Below, in pieces: positions 58,656 to 64,000 of a stretch of DNA of 64,000 bases. The translations under genes were made by a program, and so were the position numbers. The DNA is from Acidobacteriota bacterium (lineage in GTDB: Bacteria; Acidobacteriota; Thermoanaerobaculia; UBA5066). The stretch is taken from the NCBI GenBank assembly GCA_036759345.1, contig DAIOUV010000012.1:7310-71309 (forward strand), read 5' to 3'. Each line of letters starts with the position of its first letter. Position 1 is the stretch's first letter. Under the pieces are notes generated by a model. The model saw only the letters and a program-made list of their open reading frames with translations, was not told where the DNA came from and searched no databases.

Positions 58656-58704
58656 TTCTTCTCGCCCTCAGCACGCAAGACCGCCGTGGCAGGAGACGCC
58701 AAGT

Positions 58705-61700
58705 CTACGCCGTCGCCTTCTCCCTCGCTCCCACCCGCACCGCATCCGCCACGAGCGCGTCCTGCTCGATCTGGAACGCGTGGTGCGAGCCGGGGGCCGG
58801 GCTCGCGAGGTCGCGGCGGCCGATGTAGCGGAGGGGGCGCGCTGGGCTCACGCCTTCGACGAGGCCGTCGAGGAATTGCTCGCGCACGAAGCGCCAGCCG
58901 CCCATGTTGCGCGGCTCTTCCTGCGACCACACGAGCTCCGCGTCCCCGGGGTACCGGCTCAGGATCTGCCCGAGCTCGCGTCCTGGGAACGGGTAGAACT
59001 GCTCGAGGCGGACGATCGCGACGTCGCCCTTCCCCGCCTTGTCTCGCGCAACCATCAGCTCGTATATCAGCTTGCCGCTCGCGACGACGACGCGGCGGAC
59101 GCGCGACGCGCCACCGGAGATGAACGCGGCGTCGTCGAGGACGGGATGGAACGTGCCGTCCGCCAGGTCGTCCAGCGTGGAGACGGCCTTCGGGTGACGG
59201 AGAAGGCTCTTCGGCGTCATCACGATGAGAGGCTTCTTCTCTTCGCTTGCCATCTGCCTGAGCAGCAGGTGGTAGTACTGCGCCGGCGTCGAGACGTTCG
59301 CGACGCGCAGGTTGTCCTCGGCGCACAGCGTGAGGAACCTTTCGAGGCGCGCCGAAGAGTGCTCGGGCCCCTGCCCTTCCTGCCCGTGCGGCAGCAGCAG
59401 CACGAGGCCGCAGCGCTGATTCCACTTCTGCTCCGAGCCCGAGATGAACTGGTCGATGACGACCTGCGCGCCGTTCGCGAAGTCGCCAAACTGCGCTTCC
59501 CACAGGACGAGCGTCGACGGGTCGGTCACGGCGTAACCGAACTCGAAGCCCATAACGGCGTTCTCGGAAAGCAGGCTGTCGATGACCTCGAAGCGCGCCT
59601 GCTTGGTCGCGATCGTGTTGAGCGGGACCCATTCCGCGCCGCTCGCGACGTCCGCGAGGACGGCGTGGCGGTTGCTGAACGTGCCGCGGCCGGAGTCCTG
59701 CCCGGAGAGGCGCACGGGCGTTCCTTCCAGGAGCAGCATTCCGAACGCGAGCATCTCGCCGCCGGCCCAGTCGATCTCGGGCTTCCTGCTGCCGTACTCA
59801 GCGCGCTTTTTCAGGAGGGGCTTCAGCTTCGGGTGAACCTCGAAGCCCTCGGGCACCGTCGAAACCGCGCGGATGATGCGCGCCAGGCGCGCGCGCGCGT
59901 CGCCTTCCGGATGGAGGCGCGGCGCGGACGGCACGACGAGAGAGTCGACGAAGGAAACCTTCGGGGTGCCGCGCGCTTCGTCGTACGCGCGCTCCAGCCC
60001 GGTCTTCTCCGACGCCCACAATCCGTCCACCTCGGCCGCGGTGAGATGCCCCTGCCGAACGAGCGCCTCGCCATACAGATGCGCGACCGAGGTGTGGCTC
60101 TTGATTTTCTGGTACATCAGGGGCTGCGTGTAGCTTGGCTCGTCCCCCTCGTTGTGCCCGTACCGGCGATAGCAGACGAGGTCGATCACGACGTCGCGCC
60201 GGAACGTGTTGCGGTACTCGATCGCGACGTCCACGACGTGGACGACTGCCTCCGGGTCGTCGCCGTTCGCGTGGAGGACCGGCGCCTGAACCATCTTCGC
60301 GACGTCCGTGCAGTACGGCGACGAGCGCGCGTCGGCCGGGTTCGTGGTGAAGCCGATCTGGTTGTTCACGACGACGTGCACGGTGCCCCCCGTGCGGTAA
60401 CCGTGGAGCTGCGACATGTTGATGGTCTCGGCCACGATGCCCTGGCCCGCGAACGCCGCGTCGCCGTGCAGAAGGACGGGCAGGACCTTGCCGTGCGTGA
60501 GGTCCTCCCCGAGGTGCGTCTGCTTCGCGCGGACCATGCCCTCGACGACGGGATCCACGGCCTCGAGGTGGCTCGGGTTCGGGGCGAGCGAGATGTTCAG
60601 CCGCGCGCCGCCGGGGGCCACGTGCGTGCCGGACGCGCCGAGGTGGTACTTCACGTCGCCCGAGCCCTGGATCGACTCCGGGTCCACCTCGCCTTCGAAC
60701 TCCGCAAAGATCTTCCCCACCGGCTTGCCGACGGTGTTCGTGAGGACGGTGAGCCGCCCGCGGTGCGACATGCCGATGACGGCTTCGCCGAGGTCGGCCT
60801 CGGCCGCGCGGTCGAGCAGGCGGTCGAGGAGCGGGATCGCGGCTTCGCCGCCTTCCAGCGAGTAGCGCTTCTGGCCGACGTACTTCATGTGCAGGAACTT
60901 CTCGAAGCTCTCGGCCTCGACGAGCTTCTTCAGGATGCGCCGCCGGTCAAAGGCCGAGAGGAGCGAGCGGTTGCGCGTCGACTCCATGCGGTCGATGAGC
61001 CACTGTTTCTGCGCGGGGTCCGGGTTGTACATGAACTCGGCGCCGATCTTTCCGCAGTACGTCTGGCGCAGAACCTCGAGGATCTCGCGCAGCGTGGCCC
61101 GGTCTCTGCCGCCGAGGCCGTTCGTGATGAACGGCCGGTCGAGATCCCATAGCGTGAAGCCGTACGTGGCCGGGTCGAGGTCGGGATGGTACGGCACCGA
61201 GTCGCTGCCGAGCGGGTTCAGGTCCGCCACGAGATGGCCGCGCACGCGGTATGCGTTGATGAGCTGCAGAACGCGCGCCTGCTTCTCCACGGCCTCCAGG
61301 CCGCGGCCGCCGGCCGCGAGCGGCGTCGACGAGTCCTTCTCCCAGCGCATCGGCCGGTACGGCACCTTGAGGTCCGAGAAGATGCGCTCGTAGAAGCCGT
61401 CGCCCCCGAGGAGGAGGTCCTGCAGGGTGCCAATGAACTGGCCCGACTCGGCGCCCTGGATGATGCGGTGGTCGTACGTGGAGGAGACGTTCATCACGCG
61501 CGCGATGCCGAGCGTGGAGAGGGCCTCCTCGGGCATGGCCTGGAACTCGGCCGGATAGCCCATCACGCCCGTCGCGATGATCGCGCCCTGCCCCGGCATG
61601 AGCCGCGGCAGGGATGCCGTCGTGCCGATGGTGCCGGGATTCGTGAGCGTGATGGACGTGCCGGCGAACGCGTCGGGCTCGATCGCGCCCTTTCGCGCCT

Positions 61701-62397
61701 TCGCGACGAGGGTATCGAAGGCGGAGAGGAACTCGCCGAACGCCATGGCCTGGGCGCCCTTGATGTTCGGGACGAGGAGGCTGCGCGTGCCGTCCTTCTT
61801 TGTGATGTCGATCGCGATGCCGAGGTTGACGATGGGCTTTCGGATGCGGGCGGGCTTGCCGTCGACCTCGCCGAACGCGTCGTTCATCGTCGGGTGCTTC
61901 TCGAGCGCGCGCACGATGGCCCACGCGACGAAGTGCGTGAAGGAGACCTTCGAGAGGCCCAGCACCTCGCGGTGCCGGTTCAGGATGCGCCGGTTCTCCT
62001 CCATCGTCTTGACGGGGATGACGCGGTTCGTGGTGGCGGTTGGAACGCCGAGCGACGCCTCCATGTTTCGAGCGATCGTCGCGGCGCCACCCGCGATCGC
62101 GACGGCGAGCTCGCCGGAACGGGCGGCGGGCGCCGCCGGGCGCGCGGGCGCGACCATGGCAACGGGTGCCGGAGCCGGCGGAAGGAGCGGGGCCGCCGCT
62201 AACCGAAGGGCCTGGGTTCCGGCCATGGCGTGGGGAACCCGCTCTTCCAGCTCCTGGAAGGTGCGTTTCCAGTTCTCCTCCACCGAGGCGGGCTCGAGGC
62301 GGTAACGGGCGTAGAGCTCGAGCGCGAACGGGGCGTTGTCCCCGAATTCCTCGAGCAGGCTGTTCACGACGGACGATGCAGAGGGGTCGGTCATCAA
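58705..62397 (-). CDS. kgd: multifunctional 2-oxoglutarate metabolism enzyme (Kgd/OdhA-type: E2-like succinyltransferase domain fused to E1 2-oxoglutarate dehydrogenase)
   Basis: 1230 aa. N-terminal E2 catalytic-domain-like region (DHRIIQGAESGQF) followed by the full E1o TPP enzyme (GMSHRGRLTVL...). Same size and architecture as mycobacterial Kgd. Confidence 0.88.
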   Translation of the reverse strand: MMTDPSASSVVNSLLEEFGDNAPFALELYARYRLEPASVEENWKRTFQELEERVPHAMAGTQALRLAAAPLLPPAPAPVAMVAPARPAAPAARSGELAVAIAGGAATIARNMEASLGVPTATTNRVIPVKTMEENRRILNRHREVLGLSKVSFTHFVAWAIVRALEKHPTMNDAFGEVDGKPARIRKPIVNLGIAIDITKKDGTRSLLVPNIKGAQAMAFGEFLSAFDTLVAKARKGAIEPDAFAGTSITLTNPGTIGTTASLPRLMPGQGAIIATGVMGYPAEFQAMPEEALSTLGIARVMNVSSTYDHRIIQGAESGQFIGTLQDLLLGGDGFYERIFSDLKVPYRPMRWEKDSSTPLAAGGRGLEAVEKQARVLQLINAYRVRGHLVADLNPLGSDSVPYHPDLDPATYGFTLWDLDRPFITNGLGGRDRATLREILEVLRQTYCGKIGAEFMYNPDPAQKQWLIDRMESTRNRSLLSAFDRRRILKKLVEAESFEKFLHMKYVGQKRYSLEGGEAAIPLLDRLLDRAAEADLGEAVIGMSHRGRLTVLTNTVGKPVGKIFAEFEGEVDPESIQGSGDVKYHLGASGTHVAPGGARLNISLAPNPSHLEAVDPVVEGMVRAKQTHLGEDLTHGKVLPVLLHGDAAFAGQGIVAETINMSQLHGYRTGGTVHVVVNNQIGFTTNPADARSSPYCTDVAKMVQAPVLHANGDDPEAVVHVVDVAIEYRNTFRRDVVIDLVCYRRYGHNEGDEPSYTQPLMYQKIKSHTSVAHLYGEALVRQGHLTAAEVDGLWASEKTGLERAYDEARGTPKVSFVDSLVVPSAPRLHPEGDARARLARIIRAVSTVPEGFEVHPKLKPLLKKRAEYGSRKPEIDWAGGEMLAFGMLLLEGTPVRLSGQDSGRGTFSNRHAVLADVASGAEWVPLNTIATKQARFEVIDSLLSENAVMGFEFGYAVTDPSTLVLWEAQFGDFANGAQVVIDQFISGSEQKWNQRCGLVLLLPHGQEGQGPEHSSARLERFLTLCAEDNLRVANVSTPAQYYHLLLRQMASEEKKPLIVMTPKSLLRHPKAVSTLDDLADGTFHPVLDDAAFISGGASRVRRVVVASGKLIYELMVARDKAGKGDVAIVRLEQFYPFPGRELGQILSRYPGDAELVWSQEEPRNMGGWRFVREQFLDGLVEGVSPARPLRYIGRRDLASPAPGSHHAFQIEQDALVADAVRVGAREKATA

Positions 62398-62424
62398 GTC
62401 CCCATTCTAGGCTGCGCTACACCG

Positions 62425-63432
62425 TCACGCGGTCACGTCGCGCCGGGTGAAGAGGACGAAAGCGGCCGTCAGGGCCGCCAGTGCCCAGGCCAGAAGCACC
62501 AACGCCGAGAAGGTCAACGTCATTCCCTCGAAGGGCGTCGGCAGGCCGGCGTAGTAGTCCGGCAGCGGCAAATTCGTCACGAAAAACCACTTGGCGCCGT
62601 CCCAGTCGGAGGCAACGCGCGACAGGATCGTGCCGCCCACGAGCGTCGCCATCATCGTGCCCATCGCGGCGGCCGCCGACCGGAAGACGACCGAGAGGAG
62701 AAGCGTGATGGAGCCGACCGCCAGCGCCGAGAACCACGCGAGACCCCACGCGGCGAACGTGTCCTGCCAGAGGGACACGATGCGCACGCCCGACAGGTCG
62801 AAACCGGCGGCCGGGGACGCACCGCCGAGGCGGAAGCCCGTCAGGATCGGCGCTTCCCACCCCGACCAGCCGAACGCGACGCCCGAGATGCCCCACGCCA
62901 GGAAGAACGCCGCGAGGAGCGTGAGCGTCGTGAAGAGGATCATCGCGACGACCTTCGACAGCAGGATCTTCCACCGCGCGACGGGCCGCGTCAGGAGCAG
63001 CGTGATCGTGCCCTCCGCGAACTCCGACGACACGAGGTCCGCCCCGAAGACCGCGATCAGGAGCGGGATCAGGAGGACGCTCCCGACGCCGGCAAACGCC
63101 CGTGTGAAAACTGGCCCGGTCAATTCGTTCGGATTCAGATTCCTGGAAAGGTAATAGCGGAGTCTCCCGGACTCGTAACGCATCCAACGTTTCCACTGCT
63201 CGGGGATGCCCCGGCGCTGATTCATTTGCCGCTCGAGGTCGCTCGCCCTCTTTTCCACCTGCGCGCGCCAGTCGCGCTCGGGGTGGTCCCGCCGCTGCTG
63301 CTGCTGCTGACGGTTCTGTGCGAAAACGACGACACAGAGCAGCGCGGCCAGAACGATCAGGATGATCCGGAATCTCTTCCTTCGAAGAATCTTCAATGCT
63401 TCGTTCTCGACGAGCCCCAGCATCACGCTCAC
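62425..63432 (-). CDS. ABC-2 family transporter permease
   Basis: Six TM segments. N-terminal TM followed by a charged Q/R-rich insert. Lies immediately downstream of an ABC ATPase gene. Confidence 0.75.
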   Translation of the reverse strand: MSVMLGLVENEALKILRRKRFRIILIVLAALLCVVVFAQNRQQQQQRRDHPERDWRAQVEKRASDLERQMNQRRGIPEQWKRWMRYESGRLRYYLSRNLNPNELTGPVFTRAFAGVGSVLLIPLLIAVFGADLVSSEFAEGTITLLLTRPVARWKILLSKVVAMILFTTLTLLAAFFLAWGISGVAFGWSGWEAPILTGFRLGGASPAAGFDLSGVRIVSLWQDTFAAWGLAWFSALAVGSITLLLSVVFRSAAAAMGTMMATLVGGTILSRVASDWDGAKWFFVTNLPLPDYYAGLPTPFEGMTLTFSALVLLAWALAALTAAFVLFTRRDVTA

Positions 63433-63442
63433 GAGAGCACCC

Positions 63443-64000
63443 TCATACGGTCTCTCCCCCGGTCTTCTCGAGGAAAAGGTCTTCCAGCGACTTCGCCCCG
63501 TTCTCCGTCAGCTCCGCGAGCGTCCCGGCCGCCAGCGTGCGCCCGCGGTGGACGATCGCGATGCGGTCGACCATCTTCTCGACCTCGGAGAGGAGGTGGC
63601 TCGAGACGAAGACGGCGAGGCCGTGGTCGCCCGCGAGCCGCCGCACGAGCTCGCGCATCTCGCGGATGCCCGCGGGATCGAGGCCGTTCGTGGGCTCGTC
63701 GAGGATGAGGACGGCGGGATCGGAAAGAAGCGCCTGCGCGATGCCGACGCGCTGGCGCATGCCGAGAGAGTATGTGCGCACGAGGCCGTCGAGGCGCTCG
63801 TCCATGTGGACGAGGCGCGCGAGCTCGTCGATGCGGGCCGAGGCGCCGTCCCCGATCATCCGCGCGAAGTGCTCGAGGTTTTCGCGCCCCGTGAGGAACT
63901 TGTAGAGGTCGGGCGTCTCGACGATGCAGCCCACGCGGCGCATCGCGGCCTCGAAGTCCGTCGCGAGATCGTGCCCGTCGATGACGACGCGGCCCCGCGT
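63443..64000 (-). CDS. ABC transporter ATP-binding protein, partial (N-terminus beyond window end)
   Basis: LSGGQ-like YSLGMRQRVGIAQAL, Walker B VLILDEPTNGLD, H-loop SSHLL. The ORF is open to the window edge. Confidence 0.85.
   Translation of the reverse strand, partial: TRGRVVIDGHDLATDFEAAMRRVGCIVETPDLYKFLTGRENLEHFARMIGDGASARIDELARLVHMDERLDGLVRTYSLGMRQRVGIAQALLSDPAVLILDEPTNGLDPAGIREMRELVRRLAGDHGLAVFVSSHLLSEVEKMVDRIAIVHRGRTLAAGTLAELTENGAKSLEDLFLEKTGGETV

Overview
This 64-kb window reads as a high-GC (~70%) chromosomal core region, probably from an Acidobacteriota-like organism. The taxonomic hint rests on a TIGR03436 'VWFA-related Acidobacterial domain' protein, a TonB/ExbBD cluster and a Roadblock/MglB-like gene. 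Gene density is high. Many junctions are NTGA start/stop overlaps (GTGA, TTGA, ATGA and two CTGA). Most genes are housekeeping and mainly on the minus strand: riboflavin synthesis (ribD, ribE), hemW, ftsY, aroB, aspS, hisS, recN, pepA, purC, radA, mlaEFD, alr, dnaB, pyk, folE, korAB and a 1230-aa Kgd-type fused 2-oxoglutarate dehydrogenase. Transport genes include a soluble MgtE-N/CBS protein next to Nramp (mntH), H+-pyrophosphatase, an APC-family amino acid permease and TonB-ExbB-ExbD-ExbD. Two small accessory features stand out. At the left edge, a partial foreign-looking ORF pair and three tandem palindromic 18-bp repeats abut the 3' end of tRNA-Leu(CAA), consistent with an integrative-element boundary or remnant. 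A single low-GC (~57%) gene inserted between kgd and an SRPBCC gene looks like an AIPR-type abortive-infection defence gene. Other points of interest are a 246-bp AT-rich structured non-coding region upstream of the gamma-CA/hisS operon and a probable frameshifted lipoprotein gene. I found no CRISPR array, rRNA or transposase. The many long R/A/G-rich ORFs in the six-frame track are antisense artefacts of high GC content.
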